DNA from: Diadema antillarum
Lineage: Eukaryota
Direction: 5' to 3'
DNA: 64,000 nucleotides
NCBI RefSeq assembly: GCF_040938485.1
Contig: NW_027271394.1
Location: 2,170,001 to 2,234,000 of the forward strand
Shown here: positions 12,574 to 25,837 of the stretch, one piece after another
How positions within the stretch are numbered: the first letter of the stretch is position 1
How the letters are laid out: every line of letters begins with the position of its first letter
Position numbers and translations under genes: made by a program
Notes under the pieces: model-generated
Seen by the model: the letters and a program-made list of their open reading frames with translations, nothing else
Database searches by the model: none
What the model was told of the DNA's origin: nothing

Positions 12574-14462
12574 TAAAACCAAGACACTTAAAACAAAATG
12601 AGGATGAATATAACTTCACAGCAGTGTGCGATTGCGTAATGGATTTTTAATGCTCACACAACGCGTCCTGGACGATTCAATCATTTGCATACAGTACTCT
12701 GCAGATAACATGTCACATTCCTCCTTGACCTGGTAAAACCTACATGACTTTCGTGCCATGCGCCGCCAGCGGTGGAAAAATTACAGCTATATAATACCAG
12801 TGTGCAATAGTCACAAACCCCTTCTGAACAACAACTACAACAAAACGAAATGGATGAAACCAGGCGGAAACCAAATATATACGAAAACTCCGTAATTGTG
12901 ACATGAATGTGCGTAGACAAGTGCATTTCGGAAGAAGAAATCGATTCCATAATGATACAGCTATACACCATGTACAGAGTATAGCTACAAACAACTTCTG
13001 AACACCACTGCAATAAAACGAAATGAATGTCACCAAGTAGAAACCAAATTAAACGAAAACTCCATTTGACATGCATGTACGTAAGTGTGATTCGGAAGTA
13101 GAGATCGCTTCCATGATAATAATCATGTATAAAATATCGTATTCTTAAAAGTACCACTCTTATTACCATTTCTTCTTCCTTCTACAACTATACCGTACTA
13201 CTACTAATGATAATAATACTGCCACTACTATTACTGATACGAATGACAAAAAAAGACAAATATATTTGATAGTTTTATGACACATTTCATATCACATTGT
13301 AATAGGGATTAATTTATTAATATGACTTTTTTTTGTTCCAATCCACGCGAGTGAATATATATATGATGAACATTTGCATAGTCAAGGATTATATCCAAAG
13401 TGAACCAAATATTCAAGATATGTTATCATTTGACGTTTGCATTACCTTTGTATATTGATTGGAAATGAAAATAAAACATGAATGAACATGAACATTCTAG
13501 AAATAACTTCTTTGTATGGAAATAACTTCTTTGTACGGAAATTGTACAGACGCTTGAATCACACTTATACAGACGCCTAGTTTAGAAGAACATAATGACC
13601 CGGACATTTGATACTTTACAGAGAAAAAAGTACAGCTGAAATAAATACAGTCGATTTAAAGAAAGGGGCTGTGATTTATGGTGGGGCTCTGGAACACTAG
13701 AGGTTTTATTGTGGCAAGAAATGGCAGCCGACTAGAAGGTCATACCATTATATTCAAACCACGGTCAAACTGGAAATGTACCTTTTGCAAGAGACGTATT
13801 CTTGACAGAAGTGTAAGATTACTTTAGATGCCAATAAGAACGGGATGGTTTTTGGGGTATAAGTACCTTTTTCAAAAGTGGTGAAAAGAGGTTATTAACT
13901 ACGTCTTTAAACTTGTACAAACTATATCATATATAAAATTTTGATTTCAGATTTTGCCATGGTTGGTTGGTCCCTCGTAATTCATATGAAAATACTTGGT
14001 GAGATCATAGGCCATATCTATAAACAGAACGGGATGATTATTGGAGTACAAAGTATACCTTTTTCAAAAGTGTTGAAAAGAAGTTATTAACTACATATTT
14101 AAACTTGTACAAGCTATAACCCACTTTGATTTCGGACTTCGCTATGTTAGGTAGGTCCCTCATAATACTATGTGAAAACATTGGTGAGATAACACCTAAA
14201 ACAGACGGATAGCGTCTCAGTGGTAAGTTCCTTTTAAGGAGATTTTGACTTGTTCTTTTTTTCAAGTCACTTTATATCTACTGGAGACGAGGTAGGTGTT
14301 GGGACGGGTGAGAGAGGAGCCTGCTCTGGATTATGATGTATGTACTATAAAATGTATTGAAGCACCTAGTTAGAATATGGACTAGGTCGTACTTTTTCCT
14401 GCAGTGTCTAAGATTACAAAGTGCATTTCACTTTTGTCATCTTTTCCATGTGTCCAGCGTCC

Positions 14463-14494
14463 TCAGTTCAAGATTTTGTCCTCATAAAGTCGTT
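14463..14494 (-). CDS. Candidate terminal cytoplasmic exon (ERLYEDKILN*), middle gene copy
   Basis: Strong acceptor gttttccttgtctttcAG, present in both units, with the phase-1 frame open to a stop. The frame is ambiguous if an intervening micro-exon (~14826-14861) is used. Confidence 0.45.
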
Positions 14495-15278
14495 CTGAAA
14501 GACAAGGAAAACATGTGATGAATGTTTAATGATTTATACCTCCAAACAGCAGCGTGTTGCTGATAATGTTCTTCTACTATACATGCATTACATAAGTCTA
14601 GGGATACAAAGATACATGCCTCTATGACAAAGAAAGAATGACATATATTTCTGAGCAAAACTGGAAAAATGACTGGGAATGAAAGTTAAAGTAAAAACAA
14701 GATCAGTATAAAATTGAAGTCTCCGGGTTCTAGGTAAACAAGGAATTGGCCTATTGATCTAGACAGCTAATTTTGGATTGCTTTATCTCATATGGAATGA
14801 GTTACCATTACTGAAGTGTTCATACCGTCTTTTCTTCTTTCTTAATTTTTAAGATTGTTTTCTATTGAAATTAAGTATGTTTGGGGATTAAATGAGAAGG
14901 CAATGAGTAGATATCTTTGAGTTGGGTACTATCTGCGTATCCCAATAGTAGGAGCTCAACGCTTTTCTCTCTTCCAACGAATGCTACCTATTCCATTCGC
15001 AATAGCAAAATGTGTCCTGAAGTTTTAAGGCTTTAACTCTTAAACATTTTCGATGTATTCTGCCCAGCCTTTTAGGTTGTACCTTTCGTCAAAGAATTGC
15101 CATTCGGCGATCGTTTGCTTACATGCCCTATGATTTCTCAAATGTAGCTCAGACTAAGTTCACAAACATTGTTGCCTGTTTCTGAATTGTTTCCAAATGA
15201 AATGTCCTATAAAGACAAAGCCGGGATACAACTGTATATTCGCATAAAACTCTTTTCTGTCACAGATTCCAGACAAAC

Positions 15279-15413
15279 CTGTTACTTTGGGCGTGTCTTT
15301 CTTCCTCTGCATGACGGTGACGACGCACACCACAACAGCGAGAACGAAAAGGACGATGAGGAGGGCGTACGTTGTCGACATTGTTTGCAGGATTCCAGTT
15401 ACATGTACGAAGT
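15279..15413 (-). CDS. Transmembrane exon 2 (DFVHVTGILQTMSTTYALLIVLFVLAVVVCVVTVMQRKKDTPKVT), middle gene copy
   Basis: Hydrophobic stretch followed by the RKK stop-transfer motif. Acceptor ttctccAG, donor GTTTGT, 135 bp phase 1-1. The units differ by a frameshifting indel just past the donor, consistent with intron. Confidence 0.85.
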
Positions 15414-16276
15414 CTGGAGAAACAGACAGACAGACAGACAGACAGACGGAAAGGCACGTTATGGCGTTTTATGAATGATTTCGTAATTTCATCAGATTGC
15501 AGTTCTCGTTTGTAACCACTGGTAACCTACCAAGATGAAAATAAACTTGGTGTGTACGATCGCACAACACCGAAATTAAAACGTCCCGTCTTGAAACGTA
15601 TTACATTGTCACCGTCTCTCTAATAAGTGGTCGCTACCATATGATCTGACATTGCAGTAAATGTCAGCGTAAAACTACGTTTAAATTCCTAGTCCTATCT
15701 CAAATTGCACAAACATGGTAGTTCATTTCACCAAGAATCGTCATGTATTAGCACTATCTTAAACATTTATTTTAGAAGTTATGTAACAGATATTATGTCT
15801 ACACATGTTATGTTCGTTGTGCTTATCTATAACCGACTACCATACGTAACTGGACATTAAAATTCTACTCAAATAGAATACGAAACGTTGTCTTTTTCAC
15901 TCTTTTGTTATGTGATTTGATATGATGCATTTTTCAGTTCTCTCAGCCTCTGTCTTCATCCGATCTAACAAAACAAATCCCATGCAAACTTTAGGTGTAC
16001 TCGAACATTGGCACTACTATATTTTGCGTCGTACACAAATATATTAAATATGCTGCTGACATATATAAGGATTTTTAGCTTCTGAGAAAGAAACGTATGC
16101 AGGCCTATTCTCTGTTTTTATGATATAGAGCTTACCCTGTGTAAGTTGTAAAACGAAAGTGGGAAATGGTCGAAAGTAATAGACAAACTCAATATCATTC
16201 TTCGTCTTATTCAAGAGTAAACAGATGTTATATCCACGAAATTTGTGGATGATATTGTTGTTTACCAAACGCCTAC

Positions 16277-16540
16277 CAGTTGGACAATAAATTTCCGATG
16301 CAGTGATGAAACCGAAGTCGTTGAGGGCGCTACAAGTGACAGAGACACATTTCACAGGTTTGGGGCTGAGATAGACCCACGGAGATCTGCCCCTCGAGAG
16401 CGTCAGGTTGTCTGCTGTAATCACGTACTGGTGGAAATCAGGGTGGGGTTGGTAATCTTCGGTCACGTGACACAAAATTACGACAACCGTCACATTGTCA
16501 TCGGACGTATACTTGGACAACTTGATCTCAATCACATCAT
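16277..16540 (-). CDS. 4-Cys Ig-like domain exon 8, middle gene copy
   Basis: DDVIEIKL..VVILCHV..YQPHP..PKPVKCVSVTCSALNDFG..YCPTG. AG/GT boundaries, 264 bp. Confidence 0.85.
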
Positions 16541-16875
16541 CTGTTAAAGTATTCAGGAGACATTAGAGAAACAAGCGAGTATGAGTGCACTGAAGTCTGA
16601 GAGAGTTTATGCCTGTCTTCATGAAAGCAGTATACCTACTCACACTGGATGGTGATGTAAACAACAACAAAGATTGTAAAGTTGTGAATATGAAAAGAAT
16701 GAAATATGCAATCTTCATTGTGTTCGAAGTACTCACTGTGCAGTAATAGTAATGAAAGTGACAAATAGCAGTTATTTTCCAAGTTCTTTTACACCGGAGG
16801 ATGACCGCCATCCACCATAGTTCAATATGTATAGACGCGATGAGCGGCCGTACATCTTTGAAAGTATCGAAGTAC

Positions 16876-16956
16876 GGACACGGACACGGACATGAGGAAG
16901 AACAGCCGTCTGGCTGAATCATGTGCCGAGTTGAAATAAATAAATGAAATAAATGA
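16876..16956 (+). mobile_element. 81-bp retroposon 3' remnant with 6-bp TSD, unit A only
   Basis: aagtac on both sides with an aaataaataaatgaaataaatg tail; single aagtac in unit B (~49537). Confidence 0.6.
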
Positions 16957-17061
16957 AAGTACAGCATCGTCAAAAGAATGAAAGCGCAACTCTTTATACG
17001 ACTAATTGGATTAGGGGATTATAACTCATCGTCTGTGTTAAGAAAGTCAGATATCACGTAC

Positions 17062-17331
17062 CTCTGGGACAATGCAAACTAAGAGAGGTTGTTAACCCAT
17101 GGACATTGCTTCCTGTGCATCTGATGTTGAGACACCTGTTCTGATGTGACGTCACAATGGCAGACGTATTTGTTGAAGAGACGATCATGCTTTCACCGTT
17201 TACCTCGATACCAAAAATGTTGATAGGATGTTTTGGTTGGTTCGACGAATCGATAGAACAGGTGATGTTAATATTGGTGGTATCCGTGTCGTTTTGAAAT
17301 TGAATTGAGATCAGACCTTCTTCCGGTGGAT
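17062..17331 (-). CDS. 4-Cys Ig-like domain exon 7, middle gene copy
   Basis: DPPEEGLISI..INITCSIDSSNQPKHP..RCLNIRCTGSNVHG..HCPRG. AG/GT boundaries, 270 bp. Confidence 0.85.
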
Positions 17332-18454
17332 CTATCAAGATCAAGTGTAATGGGTGAATGGCAGTAGTAGAAATAAGGAAGATACGACTTTCTGCCACAA
17401 ATGTTCATAATAACTTCAGTGCAAGTATACACGATAAAAGATTTCATGAACATTGACACGAACCTCCAGTTGTGATGGAATACGTCAATCACTATAGAAC
17501 TCAACATCAGAAAGTTTAACACATTCTCTTCTTAAAGTAGAATTGGATAAGGCTCCTTTTACGAGTCTTTCACGCAGATGTTTTTGTTTTTCAGATGTTA
17601 TACTTGAATATTGTGATTGAATATGTAACTGGTGTTTATCTGTAAGCCTCGATATTGTATCTTCGTCTTGTTCTGTTTTCTTTCTCTTACTACTCTAGTA
17701 AACTGAGAGATTTAGTTATGACACCGCCAAGTTTTAACTTTCAAAAAGTCTTGTAAAGTTTCGCTTTGAAATGTGTAGACCTCCAGGGTCAAATCTAAGT
17801 TCACATTCTCCTCCGATGATTTATTGGGTAACTACTACTGTATCTCACATGATGCTGGACAAGTGATGCTTTTCAAAGTTTTTTTTTGTTTCCTTTCTCT
17901 CTTGTTCCCCTTTGCTATGTAGCCTTTTTCTGTGTGCCCTGATTGGAATCTAAAGCATTTGGTTTCTTAAGGGTTTGATACGCAAATCATTGAGCTATAA
18001 AGGACAAGCCCCCCAAAAAGTTTTGCTCTTAAATATTGTTCACTTTGTTATTTACATTTTCATAAATTATCTCTCTTTTCCCTTAAACTGTCACTTGTTT
18101 ACTCAGGGGGAATCGTGACGTCTCTACAGGTAACAAAGTTTCCGGAAGATGTAGTTGTAAACCGTACAGACTGAATTGAGATCTTTTATCATACTAGGTG
18201 TTACAAAAAACATTTCCCACTTTTGATCCTTTATAGTTTGAAAACTAAGGATAAAAAGTATGAAATGTTTTTTTTTTTTAACACCTAGTAGTTTTTCGTA
18301 ATGACAGCACGCGGTTATAGCGATAAGCCAAAGAGAATGAAAGTAACATGTCAGTATTATACATATATGCGTACATGTACATTACAATTAAGGAAAACAC
18401 ATCCACACATCTATGACACAAGCACGCGTATGATTTGATTTAAATCTACTTCAC

Positions 18455-18730
18455 CTGTAGGGCAATATGTTTCCGTAGTGTTTGTCGAACCGAGATCGTT
18501 GGTTCCAGTGCAAGTTACTACGGTACAGTTTTCAGGCCTTGTCGATATAGTGGTCGATGGCCTGGTTGACAATGATACAGTCTTCTTTCCAACCTTGACT
18601 TCGAAAGTATGCAGTGGAGGATGAAGCACAATCGTTTCATTTACGTGACAGTTTATGACCAATATTGGTTGCTTATTTTTGCCCAGTTTCTCTTCCAGCC
18701 GAATGTCGATTATTGCAGGGCCAGGTGGAT
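18455..18730 (-). CDS. 4-Cys Ig-like domain exon 6, middle gene copy
   Basis: DPPGPAIIDI..LVINCHVNE..RPENCTVVTCTGTNDLG..YCPTG. A (CT)n tract precedes the acceptor; 276 bp. Confidence 0.85.
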
Positions 18731-18756
18731 CTATTAACATGTGTTCCAAAGAGAGG

Positions 18757-18787
<31 letters not shown>

Positions 18788-19238
18788 CCAAAAACAAAAG
18801 AAAAAAAGGGAGCGCATCTAGATATGATCTGTCAACACGTAACATTGAAAATGTCGCAGTCATTAAAGACAAGAGATATACACATTAAAGTGATTTGGAA
18901 GAAAAGAATGAATAAAGGCAACTATGGTATCTTACCTTTACGGCAAGAATTTCTCGGAGTAGAAATAAAATGATGTTTGTCGGTTTTCATGAAGCAATTT
19001 CCGCCTTTTTTGTTGTTGTTGTTGATGTTATGTGCTTGAATGTATAATCTATCTCTTGAGCACTTAATTGCATCTAAACTTCAACTGTGAATGGTTAATC
19101 AGGGGGAACCAAAAAAAAAGCCTATACGTTTCAAGGTTGACATATTAAACATGAATGTTCCTTCTGATTCTAGTCTTAAGAAGCCAAACGAAAAATGCTG
19201 ACGTTGGTGCAAGCATCCTACAATTTGCATCCCCTCAC

Positions 19239-19508
19239 CTCTTGGGCAGTAGGTCTCGATAGAAGAAGTCGACCCATAGTCATTCTGACCAATACAAGTG
19301 ACGTTCATGCACCATTCGGGGCGGGGTGATAGGATGAGAGAGCTTGTGTTAGACTCCGTCCCAGTCTCCGTTTGGATGATGAAAGTGTGCAGACGAGGAA
19401 ACGGCTGGTCTCGCGAGTCCACGTGACAAGTGATGGAGAGGTTGACTGTAGTGCTGGGTAGTCGTTTCTCCAGCAATTCCACAGATATTATATCGGCGAC
19501 AGGCGGAT
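19239..19508 (-). CDS. 4-Cys Ig-like domain exon 5, middle gene copy
   Basis: DPPVADIISV..LSITCHVDSRDQPFP..RPEWCMNVTCIGQNDYG..YCPRG. Donor GTGAGG, 270 bp. Confidence 0.9.
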
Positions 19509-19645
19509 CTATGAAAAAGTCAAGTTAAAGAATTACTCAGTTAAAGTGATTATTTCGAGTATGTTTGCTTCAAACTTAGTTTAGCTTTATCTATCTAAAA
19601 GAGTATAAGGCTAACTTGTTATAGGTGACTTACACCTGATATTAC

Positions 19646-19898
19646 CTTTTGGACAGTATATTGTGGATGCTGTTGTTTCCAACACAAGACACTTGGATAC
19701 ACCATGTAGGACGAGGTGATATGGTAGTGCGAGGAGATGAAGACAAAATGACGTCATCAGCCGAGATGACGTAAGACTCGATAGCCGGAAAGGGTTTGTC
19801 CCTGGAAATCACGTGACATTCGATGTCGAGGGATATTTGGTTCTGAATGTCTACTTGCTCATGAAACCTGATGGACAGTGTGCCGTTTAATGGAGGAC
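19646..19898 (-). pseudogene. 4-Cys Ig-like domain exon 4, frameshifted in the middle gene copy
   Basis: 253 bp versus 276 bp in the paralog (53093-53368). It has a 6-bp in-frame deletion plus a 17-bp deletion (ttcgccaatcccgttgc) that removes the NGIG motif and shifts the frame. Confidence 0.85.
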
Positions 19899-21218
19899 CT
19901 AAGTGTGAAATTGAAATAAAGATTCATATCATTCACATTAACTGCTTCTTCTCCTCTCAGAAATTTCACGAAAACTGACGAAGATGAAAACACGTGATCA
20001 CTGATTATCATGATTGTCTCCTTCAGCTGTGCATACACCGCGTCTGTCAAGACGCATAAACTGATTTCAAGATTGACGATTTTTAAATATCATTTAAGAT
20101 ATGTAATGGTAAGAAAGGATTGGTGTGAAAAATTTGGTACCTCAAATTACATTCACCATTAAGCTTCAATATCTGGATCTCAGGAAGCAAGCATGTTCAT
20201 GAATTTTGAGTTATGACCGCAGCTTTCGTACATTGCCTATTGAATTTCTTCGTAATTCCTGCTTCTTGTTCTTAGCAAGATGTGCTTATGGAAAATAAAC
20301 GATACATGGATATGCTGTTGCCGCTTTGCTTTTGTGATCAAACTGTTTATATCTTACAAGAGTAAGGCAGTTTGTGGTACTTGGATACAGTAATGGAATG
20401 TGTAGATATTGATGAGGAGGTCACTGCGTTGATGATACTGTTATCATTATTATTAGGTATGCTTTTATCAATACTGAAATATGCCCATCTCGTCACTTTT
20501 TATTCAGGTGTCTTTTTTTCTTCATATCATGTTGGAGTACTCAATTATTAGCTCACGAAGGATTGGTCAAATTGATCAATGACATATATTCCATGTGGAT
20601 AACTCACACAGACGAATGTATATCATACAGAACTCATGGACCAACAAACCACACACACACACACACACACGCATACAGATACAAGACGTAGATTCATGAA
20701 AAAAGACACTCATACAGATGTACAGCTACACACATAGATACGTCATACATAATAACATACACTTGTATACCTACATGTGTTGATTCGCACAAAAGTCATG
20801 CTTACATAGTATTATTATCATTATTATTATTATTTCCATGTATCATAGGTGTAACGATATCTTTCAATGTAGTGAAAATCTAATATTTGTTTTGTTTCTC
20901 ATTTCTTGACGATAATACATTTATCTCTGTGACCAACTTGGATGGTACTTCAGGATGAATTTGATTGTATATTATTTGTTTTGTTTCTCAATTCTTGACG
21001 ATAATACATTTATCTCTGTGACCAACTTGGATGGTAGGGCCTACTTCAGAATGAATTTATCTCCTCAATTATCTCCTTTCATATGACATCCTATTTTGGC
21101 CTAAACCAATGAGGTGCATCTGCTGTACAATGACTAAGCATTCAATTGATCTTGATGTTATTATAAAGCTGCCTAAATGGCAATTGATAATTACGTTTAA
21201 GAAATCTTGTTCTACACG

Positions 21219-21221
<3 letters not shown>

Positions 21222-21263
<42 letters not shown>

Positions 21264-21310
21264 TGTATCATATATATGTATATATGTATGTGTGTGTGTT
21301 CGCGTCCACG
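21222..21310 (+). repeat. (TA)n/(TG)n microsatellite
   Basis: Read directly; the homologous site in unit B is an N gap. Confidence 0.9.
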
Positions 21311-23633
21311 CGCGTGCGTGTGTGTGAGTTTGTGTACTAATGTCATCATTCATGAGTTACGATTCACTTTTAATAACTTTCAACATGAATTTCTCGCTAT
21401 ACGTTGGTGTTACAACTATCTTAGTTTGTTCGTCACAATTTTCAACACTCATGTTGATTTTTATTTTTATTTTTTTTTTTTTTACAGAGAGGGTTGATAT
21501 ATATACCACGAACACCGAATCAGAACTACACATACATTCGGTTTCTCTGTTAAACCAGCAGTTTATTTATTGACGTGACCATCACTCACTAAGATCACTG
21601 CGGGCCATGCAAAAAAAAATCAAAAGAATATTACATCTTATTTATGGAAAAGAGAGAGAGGATGAACACATAAGACACTATAAAAAGAACAGAAACGCGA
21701 CTGATTGCTTTACATACATTGTAAGATACTTCAAGGAAACCGAAAGTACCACCAATGATGTCATTAGAAAATAATTGCTCTACTTCGTTTCCATAATGAA
21801 AAGACATTATACAAGGCTCAACATTTGATGTAGCCCTGTGGCCCGGGGCTCCCAGAAATAGATGTTGGGCAACCACTTAATAACAAAGTATATGTTTGTG
21901 AGCCCTTTTAACATACCTGCCAATTTTCGCATAATTGTCAAGGTTCTTAGTCATTTTAATTTTCTTATGTGTTACTTTCTTACTTCTTAGTCACAGTACG
22001 TGGTATTTGACACACATTGTCGAACATGTAAATATTCAAACAGTTATCATGATTTATTGTATTATCTTAATGTTTTATAAAAATAGTTCTTATTTTTCGG
22101 GCCATAAAAAGAAAATGCAATTCAATTATTCTGATGGCCCCAATGGGCCCCAAAAGAAAAAGTTGATATCGAGCCTTCTATTTTATATCATACACATCTA
22201 AGTAATGTGACGTAGAATTAAATCATATGAAGTAAAGTAGCTTCTTAATCAGTTCTATTTCTGTTTTCGACCGCCAATACATGAAACTAAAATTAACATA
22301 GTGACGGCATAATTAAATGAATTATACCCATCAATATTCATTATATTGTGTTTCAATTAGTCAAAACGTATTAAGTAAAAATACAATGCGATGTCAAGTT
22401 GAAGGTACACTATATAGCAGAGAAAATACTTTGAACAAGGTTTTGAGAAATTAATAATTTTGACAAGCAGAGGACCATCTTCATAAGCAAAGCTTGACTG
22501 GGAAAATGGCCTCAGATAATGTTGCAACATAAAATAAACTATCACAAAAGTACGCTATAGACATTGCCACTCACTATATAAAGTGTAATCAGCAGTTACT
22601 ATAAATGTAAGTAGGCGAGAAATCATACATCTTATATCAGACTTATCAGGAATTTTGTACATCAAATCAATACACGGTAAAATTTATCGACAATACTACA
22701 ATGAACATAAGATTAACGACAGTTGCATCACAATTATTCCACTGGCTACTTGTGGTTTGAAGACGTGCTCTTCATTTCGTTTCAGGTCACTTCCAATGAC
22801 ATAAAGATTATTGATAGGCAATAGAATCTATTTTGGAAACTACAGATAAGACATAATAACATGTGAATGATTTCAGACATTGTCAGAGTGAGTTAAGATA
22901 CAAAGTGTACAAATTATGATTCTTCATTCGGAGAAAATATTGTTGGTGTGCATCCAAGGCTTTCCCTCATTTTGACCCTCGCAGCTTTCCATACCTGCAG
23001 GCAAATGTCATAAAGGGATCTTAAAATTGTTGCCAAAGACATATAAACATGCGGGATATGGTGTCAACTGAAGATAAACAAATATTGTAGGCAGTACTGT
23101 GTGTTCTCAACAAAACCAAGTTTGTCTACAGAAAGGTAGTTCGTAGCAGTCAATTAAAGAATATTACTTGAGGCACTTCTGCGGTAGGAAAGTGAAACGC
23201 AATAAAGGCAGTGAATATACATCTAAAATGCGACAAGAAAATAAATCGTGAAAAGGGGGACATGGTATATCTATCTTTTAATGCAATAAAATCTTAAGTC
23301 ATTGATGAAATGTAAGAGTAGCAACATAGATGAAGCTAAGCGTGTTCTAAAATGTCTATGGAGGAACACAGCATGTCAAACCAACGAGTGTATTTTTTTT
23401 TTCCCCGATGAAAGACAATATCCTCATTTCTTTCGATTACCGATTACCGCTCGTCTGCATCTCTCATAATTGTATCTGGGCAATGATTCAAGTTAAGTTT
23501 ATCCAGGAGTATCAGGTTTTCTTGCCAAGTACTAAACCTAGAAAGTAGTAAGTAATTGTGCATTCTACTTGATAAATTTTTCAAAGCGCACGGATTCAGT
23601 AAATAAAACACGCTATGAATATACTCACCTCAA

Positions 23634-23767
23634 TCAAAAGACATTTTTTCTCTTCACGAGGACAGTGAAGCAGGTGATGATGGAGAGGATGAAAACGACG
23701 ACGAGAAGAGCGTACGTGGTCGACGATTGTTGAAGGACCCGTCGATGAGGGCTAGCTATGGGACCCC
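23634..23767 (-). CDS. Transmembrane exon 1 with stop (GGPIASPHRRVLQQSSTTYALLVVVFILSIITCFTVLVKRKNVF*), middle gene copy
   Basis: Phase-1 acceptor tttatcgatAG, hydrophobic helix, KRK, then TGA. A GTGAGT donor follows 5 nt after the stop. The STTYALL motif is shared with TM exon 2. Confidence 0.8.
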
Positions 23768-23882
23768 CTATCGATAAAGCACCAATGGACAACGGTAGTG
23801 TTTTCTTCTTCCTGTGTTAGTGTCACTGTATTCCCTCCGTACTACGCGGTTTTTAGCTTGGACTTGATAGCCAACAACTTAA

Positions 23883-24860
23883 TCCTATTCAGCCCAAGCT
23901 ATTTTGACCCCTCGCAGGCCCAAGGGGGGCACATTGTGCCCCCCTATATAACTTTTTTATTATTTGATGTATCATCATCATATTTGGCACGTGGGTAGAG
24001 TAACTCATACTCTACATGACCGTACGTTTTAATTTTCACAAGGTCACCCATGGAGGGCGCTATTTACAAAAATATAAAGAAATACATAGGAAATATGCTA
24101 AAAGCATGATTTTTCGGTATAATTTCTTTATCCCCATTATATATGTCTTATTATAGACCAATCATTTTCATATTTGTCACAAATGATAAGCAAGTAGAAT
24201 CTTATTATTTATGTTTGAAATTTCTCAAGGTCACCACATGGGGGCGCTATTCATATCAACATAGTGATACATTATGAGACCTGAGATGAAATGTTTGGGA
24301 TGTGTACATGTATAGTTATGACATTTCATATTTGCATAATACTGGAATTTTGAGATTGCAAATTGATAATATGATAAACTGATGATATTAGAGGCATAAC
24401 TTGGGTGAAGGAATCAAAATAACTCAAAATATAAAGGCAATTTGTAGAAAATATTATTGTTTTCAATTATCTCTATTATATCTATTGTTTAATGCCTTTG
24501 TCACATAAAAACAAAGGAAATAAAAAGAAAAAATCTTCCACGACCATAATTACTTCAAATTTTGCTTCTTCAACAAATTTCAGCCAAGAAACATCCATTT
24601 CATACACTGTAATGCTGTTAAATATAATGGGAACAGAAAAAAAGATGCAAAATCTGACTGACATGGTTGTCAGTTTATGGTTGCCATGGCAACCAGCAAC
24701 ATCAAATATAGCTAAATCATATACCAAAATGTTCGCAATAAGATTTTAGGAAAAGTCACCGAATTTGGTTGAAATCGAATTAAGGACGGAGGAGTGGCAA
24801 ACGAAAATCTCGTAGGAGGGGCACAATGTGCCCCCCCCCCCCCCCTTGGGCTTTATAGGG
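23883..24860. mobile_element. piggyBac-like non-autonomous element, unit A only
   Basis: ttaa|tcctattcagcccaag ... cttgggctttataggg|ttaa, with subterminal inverted gggggcacattgtgccc. Empty TTAA at ~63736. Confidence 0.7.
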
Positions 24861-24864
24861 TTAA

Positions 24865-25246
24865 AGGGATGGTACAGTATTGATGGAGATGAGAATTGGG
24901 CTTTTAACTTTTTGCGAGATACCAAGAAAACACTTATGATATAGTACAGAGCATACCATTTTATGAGGAATTCAAAGTTTATTTGATGAAAATCGGGTTT
25001 GGAATGACTGAAACATCCAAAAACAAAGTAAAACAAAGCGATAGTAATAAAGTGTGGGTCCCACACTTTATTAGAATCTCTCTTTTTTGGATATCTCAGC
25101 CATTTCAAAACCAATTTTCATCAAATAAACATTGAATGCCTGAGAGAATTACATGCTCTTCCATATTTCATAAGAGGTTTCTCATTATCTCACCAAAAAA
25201 TGTTAGAAACCTGAAATTAGGTCTCAACCAAAACTGTACAATCCCT
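24865..25246. mobile_element. Kolobok-like MITE, unit A only, inverted relative to 10827-11220
   Basis: ttaa|agggatggtacag ... ctgtacaatccct|ttaa; the internal sequence is the reverse complement of the 10827 family. Confidence 0.7.
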
Positions 25247-25837
25247 TTAAACGCTGTCTAAGTGTAATTGCTATCGCAAAGAGCGCAATGATGCATTCCT
25301 TGCTGAAACGTATCTGTTTTAAATTGTCGATTTAAGTATTTTTCTACCTCATCTAAAGCATTGTATATTTTGTCAAAAGGTCGCAGAATAATTATGGAAG
25401 GAAATACGACATAAAAAAATAACAATCAAACTGTCGTGCTGTTCAAATTAAGTGTGCTGTTCCAACCTAACGGTATAAAACTTGAACACGTACTAGACTT
25501 GAATTGCTGAAAGTATAGTAAAATCAGACGAATATACAGATACAGAAGGTGATCTGTGACGATCATGGATCATGTGACAAGTATTTCATTTGTTTGTAAC
25601 CTTCAATGAAACTATCTAGCGCCCTCTCTTGTCTCAGTGCCCACAGATTATTACCTTCTTCTCTACCCCGTGAAGTGACTAGGAGATTTCTGATTACCAT
25701 CATGCACACAAATTTGAAAAAAAAAAAGCGCGATACAATTAATGATTATTGTCAGGTACTTATAGGAGCACTTTTAGGTCCATATACCCACTGTGTGCTT
25801 TGCTTTGAGAAGGATGACTCATGATACTTTAACTTAC

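Larger units (their letters stand above)
1..25530 (+). repeat. Tandem segmental duplication, unit A (partner ~31033-64000)
   Basis: Position 1 catcatggac..aaatacc..aatcagaaaatttg recurs at ~31033. Colinear matches continue throughout (7101/39635, 15279/47959, 19239/52683, 23629/63468), and ~25530 matches the window end. Confidence 0.95.

Noticed and set aside
12681-13169. 162-aa minus-strand ORF
   Set aside because: No recognisable domain, frameshifted in unit B (44034-44431), and overlaps a degenerate repeat.
20393-20456. Plus-strand ATG-hydrophobic-GT stretch resembling a leader exon (MECVDIDEEVTALMILLSLLL)
   Set aside because: It is on the opposite strand to the cassette, absent from unit B, and has no downstream plus-strand exons.
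21069-21573. Several short ORFs rich in YI/CV/TH repeats (also 10466-10654, 18655-18973, 51407-51665)
   Set aside because: These are translations of microsatellites.
22430-22490. Possible leader for a separate second gene (MKMVLCLSKLLISQNLVQ, minus strand)
   Set aside because: Weak hydrophobic core and weak donor (GTATTT); not enough to call, although it cannot be fully excluded.
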